Program-made: the position numbers and the translations under genes
Source of the DNA: a virus
Lineage: Duplodnaviria; Caudoviricetes
DNA length: 64,000 nt
Strand: one strand, 5' to 3'
Virus record (IMG/VR): IMGVR_UViG_3300014968_000001
Location: 8,496-72,495 of that record
Part shown: positions 47,843 to 56,122 of the stretch, in pieces
Layout: each line of letters begins with the position of its first letter
Numbering within the stretch: the first letter of the stretch is position 1
The notes under the pieces: generated by a model
Told to the model about the DNA's origin: nothing
Seen by the model: the letters and a program-made list of their open reading frames with translations, nothing else
Databases searched by the model: none

Positions 47843-48500
47843 TCATCGTTACACGATTGGCACTGGGTTTGTTTCCGGAAAAGACGAGGGATTTTCTTTT
47901 CAAATTTGGATGGCCAATAGTTTGAAGTTTTCCAAGCCAGAAAAGGTAATTGTTTTGGCGGTTGGAGGAAGGCCAAATTTTAATATTTTAGGAGATGATC
48001 CAATGATTGCTTGGGTTGAAGGCAACCTCGGCCACATCGGCGACCTGCTGGATAAGCGCAAGCCTCACAAGTTTTGCGGTTGGTCAATGGGTATGATGAC
48101 GCTGGCATTGCTGGCCTATCAGAACGAGACGGACTTTATTTACAAGGAACAGGATTGTCTCGCGTTCGGTCCCTGGGTGGAGCGCCTCTACGCTGAGTGC
48201 GGCGATAAGAAGGTGTGCTTCGGAAAGAACGGGCTGATGACCTGCGCTCAAAGTCTGTTTCTTGTGAAGCATGATTTCATCCCGGAATTCGTTCGCAGCT
48301 ATTTGGGCACTGGGCCGGACGCAGCGACAATGCCGGAAACCAAATTCTCGAACATGGCTAAGGTGAATCAGCCGAATTGGACGCAGTTTGGGTTTGGGGT
48401 GGATCGTGACCGGCCAATTCCTTGGGATGATGAAGTTTGGTATGCGCAACATTTTACTCAGAAAGAACTCGCAGAATTAACCCGCAGAAATCTCATATGA
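47835..48500 (+). CDS. Putative GT-A fold glycosyltransferase
   Basis: FIYKEQDCLAFG (ExD variant of DxD); cluster context. Confidence 0.5.
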   Translation: MSNHRYTIGTGFVSGKDEGFSFQIWMANSLKFSKPEKVIVLAVGGRPNFNILGDDPMIAWVEGNLGHIGDLLDKRKPHKFCGWSMGMMTLALLAYQNETDFIYKEQDCLAFGPWVERLYAECGDKKVCFGKNGLMTCAQSLFLVKHDFIPEFVRSYLGTGPDAATMPETKFSNMAKVNQPNWTQFGFGVDRDRPIPWDDEVWYAQHFTQKELAELTRRNLI

Positions 48501-49297
48501 AATTGCACTTCATCACCCTCGCGCTGGACGCCCAACCTTACATCGCGCATCACATCAATCAATTCAATCAACTGCCTTTCGACTGGGACTGGTCAATTAC
48601 AGAAGGCGTGGCGAAGCCGTTCAAAGATACGGGATGGTGTAAGGACATTCCCGCACGGTTGTCGAATGATGGAACACACAACTATTTGAGAGAGCTTTCG
48701 AGCTATCACCCAAAAGTCGCCTTCCATTGGCGAGACGAATGGCCCGGGAAAACCGCCATGCTCAATTACGCCCTGCAATTCCTGAAAGGCGACGGTTTGC
48801 TCATGCAGATCGACGCGGATGAACTGTGGACAACGGAACAACTGGTCAAAATCTATCAGATGTTTAAGCACAGCCCGAGGTTTCAATGGGCGGAGTTTTA
48901 TTGCCGGTATCTGTTAGGTGCGAATGTCGAGGCCATCACGCCCGGATGTTACGGGAATAATCCCGGCGAGTGGAAAAGGGTTTGGCGCTGGCGTGAAGGG
49001 CAGATGTTTGACCGCCACGAACCTCCAATTTTGGAAGACATCAATTATCAGACGATGCCTGGATTCGACCGTGACTGCACGAAGCAGTTTGGACTGGTAT
49101 TCTGGCATCCAGCATATGCGCTGGAAAAAACTTTGGCCTTCAAGGGAGCTTACTACGGCTATACCGATGCTTTGGCGCAATGGAAGCGCCTTCAAAAAGA
49201 CGCAGCCGATCCCGCCGTGAAGTTTCCCCGGCCTGTTTCGGAATATTTGAAATGGGTCACAGACGGCGCGATGTGTGATCGGGTGGTGAATATATGA
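48497..49297 (+). CDS. GT2-like glycosyltransferase
   Basis: W.ITEGVA, SNDGT..YL, KT.MLN, LMQIDADELW, FWH. Confidence 0.75.
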   Translation: MKLHFITLALDAQPYIAHHINQFNQLPFDWDWSITEGVAKPFKDTGWCKDIPARLSNDGTHNYLRELSSYHPKVAFHWRDEWPGKTAMLNYALQFLKGDGLLMQIDADELWTTEQLVKIYQMFKHSPRFQWAEFYCRYLLGANVEAITPGCYGNNPGEWKRVWRWREGQMFDRHEPPILEDINYQTMPGFDRDCTKQFGLVFWHPAYALEKTLAFKGAYYGYTDALAQWKRLQKDAADPAVKFPRPVSEYLKWVTDGAMCDRVVNI

Positions 49298-49476
49298 CAA
49301 CCCTCGAACAAAAATCCCTCACCGAAACCATGCGCCTAATCGCGTGCGCAAAAATGGACATAGTATCCGGCCAGAACATCACCGATGCAAAGCGCAGAAG
49401 GAAGGTTTTGGAGGATGGGAATGGGAAGCTTACTCAGGCGTATTCTTGGCTTGAAGCTTTGAAAGGGGAGAAATGA
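49294..49476 (+). CDS. Small hypothetical protein
   Basis: 60-aa coupled ORF. Confidence 0.5.
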   Translation: MTTLEQKSLTETMRLIACAKMDIVSGQNITDAKRRRKVLEDGNGKLTQAYSWLEALKGEK

Positions 49477-49709
49477 AAGAACCTAAAGAGCCGATATTTC
49501 ATCTATTAGTGCCAAAGCAGTTTCGCACATGGTGTATTGCCTCTAAGCCTCCAAGTGCAGCGATGAATACGACAATCCTTGTATCGAAGTGCAATTGTGT
49601 GAACTGCCTTACAAAATACCGCCGCTCCATTGGGAGGCCCACACAGTTTAGAAAGAAGTGGACTAACCGCGCCGAATGGCGAGAACAAACACCAGAATTG
49701 GAGGAATGA
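49473..49709 (+). CDS. Small hypothetical protein
   Basis: 78 aa, WC...CNCVNC. Confidence 0.5.
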   Translation: MKEPKEPIFHLLVPKQFRTWCIASKPPSAAMNTTILVSKCNCVNCLTKYRRSIGRPTQFRKKWTNRAEWREQTPELEE

Positions 49710-49960
49710 TGACTAAAGGACTCATGGGCAGAATCGGCAAAGGGTCGCACGGCTGGACAAGCCGCGATTACAATATTGATGTGCCATGTAAACGCATCAC
49801 TTGCCCCGCCAACTCTGGCGTAAAGATGCCTTCAAGTTCATGCCTTATCTGCATGATGCCGTCTGCGATTAAGATTGGCGCAAACGGTATTTGTGAGACA
49901 GGGCAGAAGCTTATTGACGAGCAGCCGCCTGAAAAACCAAAGAAACCGGACGGAGACTGA
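49706..49960 (+). CDS. Small Cys-rich hypothetical protein
   Basis: ATGA-coupled; C..ITCPAN..C.IC...C. Confidence 0.5.
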   Translation: MMTKGLMGRIGKGSHGWTSRDYNIDVPCKRITCPANSGVKMPSSSCLICMMPSAIKIGANGICETGQKLIDEQPPEKPKKPDGD

Positions 49961-50013
49961 CCTATGACCTCAAACCCCGAAACATCAGTGTGTGCTAATT
50001 GAAGGATACCGTT

Positions 50014-50388
50014 ATGCCAAAACCCGGATGCCAGCAATCGAAATATCTCTCGCAAATCGAACCAACCGAGCAACAGATTGAGCGGTTTAAAACTCGCATC
50101 ACGAAACCAGACGGTGAATCGGGATGCCATATTTTCAGAGGCTCTTATGCTGGCCGCAAGGACATGAAATACGGGGTGTTCACTGTCCAGCATTTCCTTA
50201 TTCGCGCCCACCGATTTGCTTATTGTGCTTTCAGGGGGAAGATTAAGGGCGGTCTTTTTGTTCTTCATACTTGCGACACGCCAATGTGCGTAAATCCATC
50301 GCATTTATTTCTTGGAACGGCGGCTGAAAACACAGCAGATATGTGCCGAAAAGGAAGAAGCACAAAAGGAAAAAGGAGGAAGCCATGA
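50014..50388 (+). CDS. HNH (His-Me finger) endonuclease
   Basis: GCHIF.G...YG...RAHRFAY..VLHTCDTPMCVNPSHLFLGT..EN..DM. Confidence 0.85.
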   Translation: MPKPGCQQSKYLSQIEPTEQQIERFKTRITKPDGESGCHIFRGSYAGRKDMKYGVFTVQHFLIRAHRFAYCAFRGKIKGGLFVLHTCDTPMCVNPSHLFLGTAAENTADMCRKGRSTKGKRRKP

Positions 50389-50645
50389 GCGACCAGAGTA
50401 AGGGCGAAGATTTTCCGTCAAGCGTTATGGACTTGCATCAAGCGCGCTCTGTAATCGCTTCTCTATCACAGAAACTCGCCATAAAAGACCAACAACTCCA
50501 ATCCCTAACGCGAAAGTTGGAAACGGCTAGGGAGGCTTTGAAACAAATAGAGCTGGGCTGTCCATCCAGCAATCCAGAAGTAATACACAAAAGAGCAACA
50601 ATGCTTGCAACCAAAGCTCTCCGCGAGCTAGACGGAAAGGAATGA
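50385..50645 (+). CDS. Small coiled-coil protein
   Basis: Heptad-rich, ..AREALKQI..A.KAL. Confidence 0.6.
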   Translation: MSDQSKGEDFPSSVMDLHQARSVIASLSQKLAIKDQQLQSLTRKLETAREALKQIELGCPSSNPEVIHKRATMLATKALRELDGKE

Positions 50646-50648
50646 TTT

Positions 50649-50780
50649 ATGGATGGAATTGACATAATTTTAGTTTGTTGCGGTCTAATGGCGATGATTT
50701 TAGTTGTCGCCATAAACCAAGCCAAAAACGAAATCCTCGCCGCCATAAACCAAACCAAAAAGAAAGACTCTGACGAATGA
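50649..50780 (+). CDS. 43-aa membrane peptide (not in ORF track)
   Basis: MDGIDIILVCCGLMAMILVVAINQAKNEILAAINQ...; coupled to the next ATG. Confidence 0.5.
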   Translation: MDGIDIILVCCGLMAMILVVAINQAKNEILAAINQTKKKDSDE

Positions 50781-51151
50781 AACCAGAACAAATGCATAGG
50801 GCAATAGCATCTCATTGCGGCTGGAAAGATGTAACCTTGGTTACTGGTAAAGAAGATTGGTTTTGGATGTTCGGAACATTCAAGGACGAATGGATAGGTA
50901 AATTAGTTGGATGGAAAGACAGCGACTGCGCCGAAGAGATTCCCAACTATCCCGAATGCCTCAACGCCATGCACGAGGCGGAAAAATCTTTGAGTGACGA
51001 CCAATTGGTGAGTTACAGGCTAAGATTGTGCGACAATTCAGACGGGCCGAATGCACGCTACAGAACCGTCGAGGCGGCTATGTGTCACGCAACAGCAGAT
51101 GAGCGCGCGGAGTCATTCGTCCACACGATTAAGAAATGGAGCGACGAATGA
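50777..51151 (+). CDS. Hypothetical phage protein
   Basis: AIA.HCGW...PNY..CLNAMHEAE...ATA.ERAESF. Confidence 0.65.
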   Translation: MKPEQMHRAIASHCGWKDVTLVTGKEDWFWMFGTFKDEWIGKLVGWKDSDCAEEIPNYPECLNAMHEAEKSLSDDQLVSYRLRLCDNSDGPNARYRTVEAAMCHATADERAESFVHTIKKWSDE

Positions 51152-51215
51152 CTCTGATTTTCCTTCTCCTACTCGCGTGTGCGCCGTTGGGGGTGATGGC
51201 CGCTCAAAATGTTTT

Positions 51216-51563
51216 ATGAATATTACCACATATCAACTCCACATCCTGAGACATTCGCTTGGTCTGGACGATAACGGTCACGGCAATCAATACCGCAATT
51301 ACTTTTGCTCTGGAAAGGATTGCGACGGGTTTGATGATTTGCTTGCGCTTTGTCGAATGAAACTTATGCGACCCCTAGGACATCAAGGGGCGAACGAATA
51401 TTTTGCCGTCACGGATGAAGGAATAAAAGCCGCGCTGAAAGACGTTGTTTATCCGAAGCTAACGCGCTCGCAGATTCGCTATCAAAGATTCCTAAATGCA
51501 GACCTTGGAATATCATTTGGAGAGTTTCTAAAAACCTACGACCGATTAAAACCCACCCACTGA
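51216..51563 (+). CDS. Hypothetical phage protein (winged-helix-like)
   Basis: HILRHSLGL...YRNYF...F.VT.EG; start moved to ATG 51216. Confidence 0.6.
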   Translation: MNITTYQLHILRHSLGLDDNGHGNQYRNYFCSGKDCDGFDDLLALCRMKLMRPLGHQGANEYFAVTDEGIKAALKDVVYPKLTRSQIRYQRFLNADLGISFGEFLKTYDRLKPTH

Positions 51564-51572
51564 CACCAAAGG

Positions 51573-52085
51573 ATGATGAAAACTAAATTTCCATTTCCAA
51601 CCGTCGAAGGACTTTTGAGCGAGAAGGACAAAGAGGCGTTGCGATCCTTGTCGGCGAAGTGCCGTCATCTTCCGGGGGTGTACGTCGAGATTGGCAGTTT
51701 CAAAGGGTTGAGTGCGTTGTGCATTTCCGAAGGGTTTGACCGGGTGCGGACTCTTTTCTGCTACGACTTCTTTGAACCGGAAAAAATGTCGGAGTTCATC
51801 CAAAACACGGACGATGGCGAAATCGTCGTGGCTCCGGTCGAGGGAGATTTTAAAAAGACGTTCGCGCTGTCCACCGTCTGCTTTGCGTTCGTGGATCATT
51901 CTCACACGTTGGAGGATACGAAGGCAGCTTGGGAACTGCTTTGGCCGCGCATAGTGAAAGGCGGGTTGCTGGTGTTTCACGATTACCGGCATCCGATGTA
52001 TTTGCCAGCGTCGGAGTTTCTGGATTCGTTGCCGGAGGAAAGCACGGCGCCGGAAGGAACGGGTTTGGTTTATTTTAAAAAATGA
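51573..52085 (+). CDS. Class I SAM methyltransferase (Methyltransf_24-like)
   Basis: VEIGSFKGLS, FAFVDHSH, IVKGGLLVFHDY. Confidence 0.8.
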   Translation: MMKTKFPFPTVEGLLSEKDKEALRSLSAKCRHLPGVYVEIGSFKGLSALCISEGFDRVRTLFCYDFFEPEKMSEFIQNTDDGEIVVAPVEGDFKKTFALSTVCFAFVDHSHTLEDTKAAWELLWPRIVKGGLLVFHDYRHPMYLPASEFLDSLPEESTAPEGTGLVYFKK

Positions 52086-52408
52086 TTGGCTTCCTCAAAG
52101 CAGCATTCGTGGCGATCCGGTTCGGCGACCAGCGCTGGTGGCGCGCCAAAGGGTTTGCCCTGTTGCTGTGGCGCTCCGTGTTCGCTGGTCGGGCCGACGT
52201 TGAAACGCGGAAACGGCGCATGGCGTTTTGCCGTCAGTGCCCGATATTCTATAAGCCGTTGCAGACCTGCGGAAGTCCGTTGACCGCGGATAAAGACCTT
52301 GGCTGCTACTGTTACCAGCCATTCAAAGCAAGGTTGCGCGCGGCCCGGTGCTGGTTGTATGATGAAACCGCTGGCCGAATGGGTTGGCCGAAAGATTTAA
52401 ATGGCTGA
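52082..52408 (+). CDS. Cys-rich small protein (DUF6171-like)
   Basis: RRMAFCRQCP...TC...GCYC..KAR....C. Confidence 0.55.
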   Translation: MIGFLKAAFVAIRFGDQRWWRAKGFALLLWRSVFAGRADVETRKRRMAFCRQCPIFYKPLQTCGSPLTADKDLGCYCYQPFKARLRAARCWLYDETAGRMGWPKDLNG

Positions 52409-52898
52409 TGACCCGAAACTTATTGAGATGGAAAAGAAAGCCGATGCCTTGATCGAAAAGCTCGGCTCGGATATGCCCATTGAACAGGCCATCGCCGAGT
52501 TGAACCTGGCGGGGTTGGAAGTCGAGAAGATGGCGGCGATGAAGGTGTTCGCCGATTACATGGAGACAACCGGGGTGGAACGGCCACTGATGACCTTCGG
52601 GCTGCACACCATCCACGCGCAGCAAGAGGCGATGAAAGATGCTTTGGCGGCGTCCAAGGTGTGCGCGGACCCGAAAGAAAAGGCGAGTTTGCTCAATGTG
52701 GTGATTCAGGCGGCGAAGGTGTTTCCGGATTTGAGCGATCAGATTACCGAGTTGCAGGAGCAGGTTCGCAAGAAGGAAAAGAGGCCGACTGTCGGTAAAA
52801 ACGCTCCGCCGAATGTCATGCAGGTGGTGATAAACACCGACAGGGCACAGGTGCAATCAGCGAAGGCCGCAATTGAGAACGATGCCAATGATGAGTAG
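52401..52898 (+). CDS. Helical protein, possible terminase small subunit
   Basis: Helical body with a C-terminal NVMQVVIN strand as in TerS proteins; no direct motif proof. Confidence 0.3.
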   Translation: MADDPKLIEMEKKADALIEKLGSDMPIEQAIAELNLAGLEVEKMAAMKVFADYMETTGVERPLMTFGLHTIHAQQEAMKDALAASKVCADPKEKASLLNVVIQAAKVFPDLSDQITELQEQVRKKEKRPTVGKNAPPNVMQVVINTDRAQVQSAKAAIENDANDE

Positions 52899-52981
52899 GT
52901 AACAGTTCAGATCAATCGGTTGACAGCGAAACAGGGGAGTCGGGTTACAATCCAATATTGGGTCAGGTATGCTGATGGCGC

Positions 52982-53365
52982 ATGGCTGAGTCAATCGTCG
53001 ATTCCTTTGGCAATTATACGCCGTTACCCAACGGCTCGCTCGTTCCTGGCGTTTCCGCCGTGGCTGGCGGGGATGTGCTGTACGGAGCGGGCAATCCCAA
53101 TACCCTCGGCGTCATTGCCACGCCTGGGACGCTGTTTTTCAATACGGCAGACAGCACTATTTGGACGACCACGAACGGAACGACTTGGACACAGTTTACA
53201 GGTGGCGGGTCTGGAACTCTTACGACTTTGAGCGGTACAGGAAGTCCGGAAGGTGCGGTTGTTGGCTCGCCCGGATGGACATTCACCCAGACCGATACCG
53301 GCTCTTTCTGGGTTAAGAAAACTGGTACAGCCACGAATACGGGATGGATCGAAATAGTGGCCTGA
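52982..53365 (+). CDS. Small tail spike/fibre-associated beta protein
   Basis: Two copies of G.G.P...G....T.....W..W, including GTGSPEGAVVGSPG..FWVKKTGTATNTGW, a motif common at tailspike termini. Confidence 0.6.
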   Translation: MAESIVDSFGNYTPLPNGSLVPGVSAVAGGDVLYGAGNPNTLGVIATPGTLFFNTADSTIWTTTNGTTWTQFTGGGSGTLTTLSGTGSPEGAVVGSPGWTFTQTDTGSFWVKKTGTATNTGWIEIVA

Positions 53366-53369
53366 TTTT

Positions 53370-55316
53370 ATGAAGAAATTACTTACGGGCATTTTTTTGC
53401 TCTGCTCACTAACGCTGTTTGCTCAACCGCCAGTCCTTCGCACGCGGTGGACAACTAACACGGACGGGGCAGCAATTGACGCGGGGACTGTTACGAATGT
53501 GGGCGCGCTGAAGCCCGGACTCACAATTACGAACCCTGTTGTTTCTGGAACAATTACTGGGAATGGGTCGGGGCTTACAAATATTCCCGTCGCTTCGGTT
53601 GCCACTTATCCAACGTACGAAATGTTCAACAATCGTTTTATTCGCGCCACGACCCCGCCGGCTGGCACGGTCTATTACGGTGGCAACATCACCAACAACC
53701 CGTACTATTCTTTCAACGGTTCGATGTTCATCGAGACTTCGCCGGATGGTCTGAACTGGACGGGTGTAACACCGAATGGCGCGCCGGTTTACTCGAACAC
53801 CACGGGCATCCACGATTCCACGCTTTTTCATAATCCTGTCGATGGATTTTGGTATGCATTCTGCACTCATCAACCGGCAGACTTTTCCGTTCCCGCGAAC
53901 GACTTTCTGGTGCTTCGGACAACTAACCAAGTTCCAAATGCCGGGTGGGTTCAATGGGCAACGCCGGCGATGACCAATGACGGCACGTCGGTAATATGGG
54001 TGCCGCGCCCTCTCCGATACAACGGGACGAACTACGTTTATTTTTCCATCGGGCCGACCATCACGCCGCGCTTTTTGTGGATCACTACCTGCAATTCCAA
54101 CTTCACGACATTTTCCACGCCATCACTTTTCGTTACCAACGAAAGTACTTCGGCGGCAAATGCCGTGAACGATCCCTTCTTTTTGGGGACGACCAACGGA
54201 AGCAATTATCTGATTGCTCAGGAGCTTGGTGGAAATAACCACTACGACCTCTACGGCGCGCCGACCAACACTTTTCCGACTCAACTTCACCTCGTTACTA
54301 CCAACGTGGTGCAGTTTAACTGCGAGGCGGGGGGCGTTTGCCAAGTGCAACCTGGACTGTATCAATTCTACGGGTGCAGCCTTGATTCGCTTGGTGAGCC
54401 GGTAACAGCGTATTCGACCAGCTTCCTTGGCCCATGGAGTACGGCTATATTTGCCACCAACGAATACCCTTTTGTGACATTCCCCCACGGGTCAAGCGTG
54501 CAGGCGTTTAATCCGGTTCACGTTATTCCAGACAATACGCTTTCAACGAACGTGCCATTGCTGAATGCAAACAACAATGTATTTGGGCCAATTATTACCA
54601 CATTATCCGCGTCAGGATTTGGGCCAAACTTCCGACTGACTACGGGCGGTGCCGGACACGACTATTACCTTGGGTCAGCGCTAGGCAGCGACACCATAGG
54701 GGTGGGCAAGCTGTTCATATACGACAACACTTACTCTCGGTTCGTTACCAAGTGGGACACGAACGGCAATATCGTTAACCTTGGAGGATATACGGCGACC
54801 ACTGGAGACTTGGTGGCATCCGCGGGCGGTCTGACAATTTCAGGAAACGCAACCATGGGGGCGAACGCGAACACATTCGCGGCTGCTTCTGGTTTTGGAC
54901 CGAACTTCCGATTGACCACAGATGGTGGTGGCCACTCTTATTACATTGGAACTGCGGGTGCGAGCGATGGTTTTGGCCTGGGAAGGTTTTTCATCTACGA
55001 TGCCACGGCGAGTAGGGTTGTCCTTCAAATAACCACGAATACTGCCGGTCCAGTTCTTATCGAAAGTGGGTTATCCACCCAAAACACCAACCAATTCGCC
55101 GTCGCAGCAACCGGATGGACGAACACGAACGCATTCAACTGCGTCATGTATATCACTGCGGCTACAGCGGCCACATTCACTTATAGCGATGGAACGAACA
55201 CCATTTTCACCGATACTGGATTGACGTTCACAACGGCGGAATCTTTCATTATGCACCCGTCGTATAAAGTCGTGGTATCGAGTGGAACAATTACCGGGGT
55301 TGCCATTGTTCAATAA
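53370..55316 (+). CDS. Signal-peptide-bearing spike/depolymerase-like protein with GH43/GH32-like propeller and a duplicated fibre-like motif
   Basis: MKKLLTGIFLLCSLTLFA|Q leader; SPDGLNW, HDSTLF, IWVPRP, NDPFF, EAGGV, GPW; repeat ASGFGPNFRLTT at 54609 and 54885. Confidence 0.55.
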   Translation: MKKLLTGIFLLCSLTLFAQPPVLRTRWTTNTDGAAIDAGTVTNVGALKPGLTITNPVVSGTITGNGSGLTNIPVASVATYPTYEMFNNRFIRATTPPAGTVYYGGNITNNPYYSFNGSMFIETSPDGLNWTGVTPNGAPVYSNTTGIHDSTLFHNPVDGFWYAFCTHQPADFSVPANDFLVLRTTNQVPNAGWVQWATPAMTNDGTSVIWVPRPLRYNGTNYVYFSIGPTITPRFLWITTCNSNFTTFSTPSLFVTNESTSAANAVNDPFFLGTTNGSNYLIAQELGGNNHYDLYGAPTNTFPTQLHLVTTNVVQFNCEAGGVCQVQPGLYQFYGCSLDSLGEPVTAYSTSFLGPWSTAIFATNEYPFVTFPHGSSVQAFNPVHVIPDNTLSTNVPLLNANNNVFGPIITTLSASGFGPNFRLTTGGAGHDYYLGSALGSDTIGVGKLFIYDNTYSRFVTKWDTNGNIVNLGGYTATTGDLVASAGGLTISGNATMGANANTFAAASGFGPNFRLTTDGGGHSYYIGTAGASDGFGLGRFFIYDATASRVVLQITTNTAGPVLIESGLSTQNTNQFAVAATGWTNTNAFNCVMYITAATAATFTYSDGTNTIFTDTGLTFTTAESFIMHPSYKVVVSSGTITGVAIVQ

Positions 55317-55321
55317 ATGAG

Positions 55322-55759
55322 ATGGCCTACAACGAATCAGAATTGCAGCAGCAGATGGCGACGTTGGCAGTTTACGTCAAGTCCCTGGTTCGCACGCCCG
55401 TCCTGCTCGTGGTCGAGGACAACGAAGATGACCTGTTGTTTTTCAACCGGCAATTGAATGAGTTAGACCAGAAGTTTCAAGTGGTGTCCACGTTGAGTGG
55501 TGAACGCGCCTTGGATAATTTGAAGGCGACAAAGTTTGACCTGATATTTTTGGATTTGCGATTGGGTGAAGGAATGGATGGGGTGGAAGTGATCCGGCGC
55601 ATGAATGAACTGGGAATCAAAACGCCAGTAGTCGCGGTGTCGGGAACGGCCAATGGCCCGATAGTGGCGATGGCTTTGGGTCTTGGGGCAGTGCTGCATT
55701 TACAGAAGCCAGTCACGGTGTCACATTTAAGGAAAATCTTCACCGTCACAAAAACATGA
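55322..55759 (+). CDS. Stand-alone CheY-like response regulator receiver
   Basis: LVVEDNEDD, FDLIFLDLRLGEGMDG (phospho-acceptor Asp), VSG, LQKP. Confidence 0.9.
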   Translation: MAYNESELQQQMATLAVYVKSLVRTPVLLVVEDNEDDLLFFNRQLNELDQKFQVVSTLSGERALDNLKATKFDLIFLDLRLGEGMDGVEVIRRMNELGIKTPVVAVSGTANGPIVAMALGLGAVLHLQKPVTVSHLRKIFTVTKT

Positions 55760-56082
55760 GCGATGAACATAAGGAAATTCACGACCTCGCTGAAATCAGA
55801 AAGCGTGTTTTGGAGCATGAGATAATTCTGGTGGGTGATAACCGCGCATTTCCGCCGATTGATGGCATGATGCAGATTCTTAAAAACGTGTCCACCATAG
55901 TAAAGGATTTGAAGGATGAACTGCGCACGGTTCAGACCAAGCAGCAAAACATGGAGACGCAGGACGTGCGGAGGCTTTCGTTCCTCAACGGCGCAAAATG
56001 GGTCACTGTGATACTTTGGACGGTGGGGGGCGCGGCGGTCGGCTTTGCTATTGCGGTAATGACGATGCTGAAAGCCCATTAA
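55756..56082 (+). CDS. Coiled-coil protein with C-terminal TM helix (holin/XhlA-like)
   Basis: ..VKDLKDELRTV.. then WVTVILWTVGGAAVGFAIAVMTML. Confidence 0.55.
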   Translation: MSDEHKEIHDLAEIRKRVLEHEIILVGDNRAFPPIDGMMQILKNVSTIVKDLKDELRTVQTKQQNMETQDVRRLSFLNGAKWVTVILWTVGGAAVGFAIAVMTMLKAH

Positions 56083-56122
56083 AAATCCTTGCACTATGCA
56101 CGGAAATCACTAAATTACGGCT

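Noticed and set aside
38364-49297. O-antigen seroconversion (gtrABC-type) cassette
   Set aside because: No GtrA flippase, bactoprenol-GT with TM helices or polytopic transferase is visible; the enzymes look soluble. Host-surface modification is not fully excluded.
50708-50755. Short direct repeat GCCATAAACCAA
   Set aside because: Encodes a repeated AINQ peptide in a small ORF; too short to indicate a mobile or regulatory repeat.
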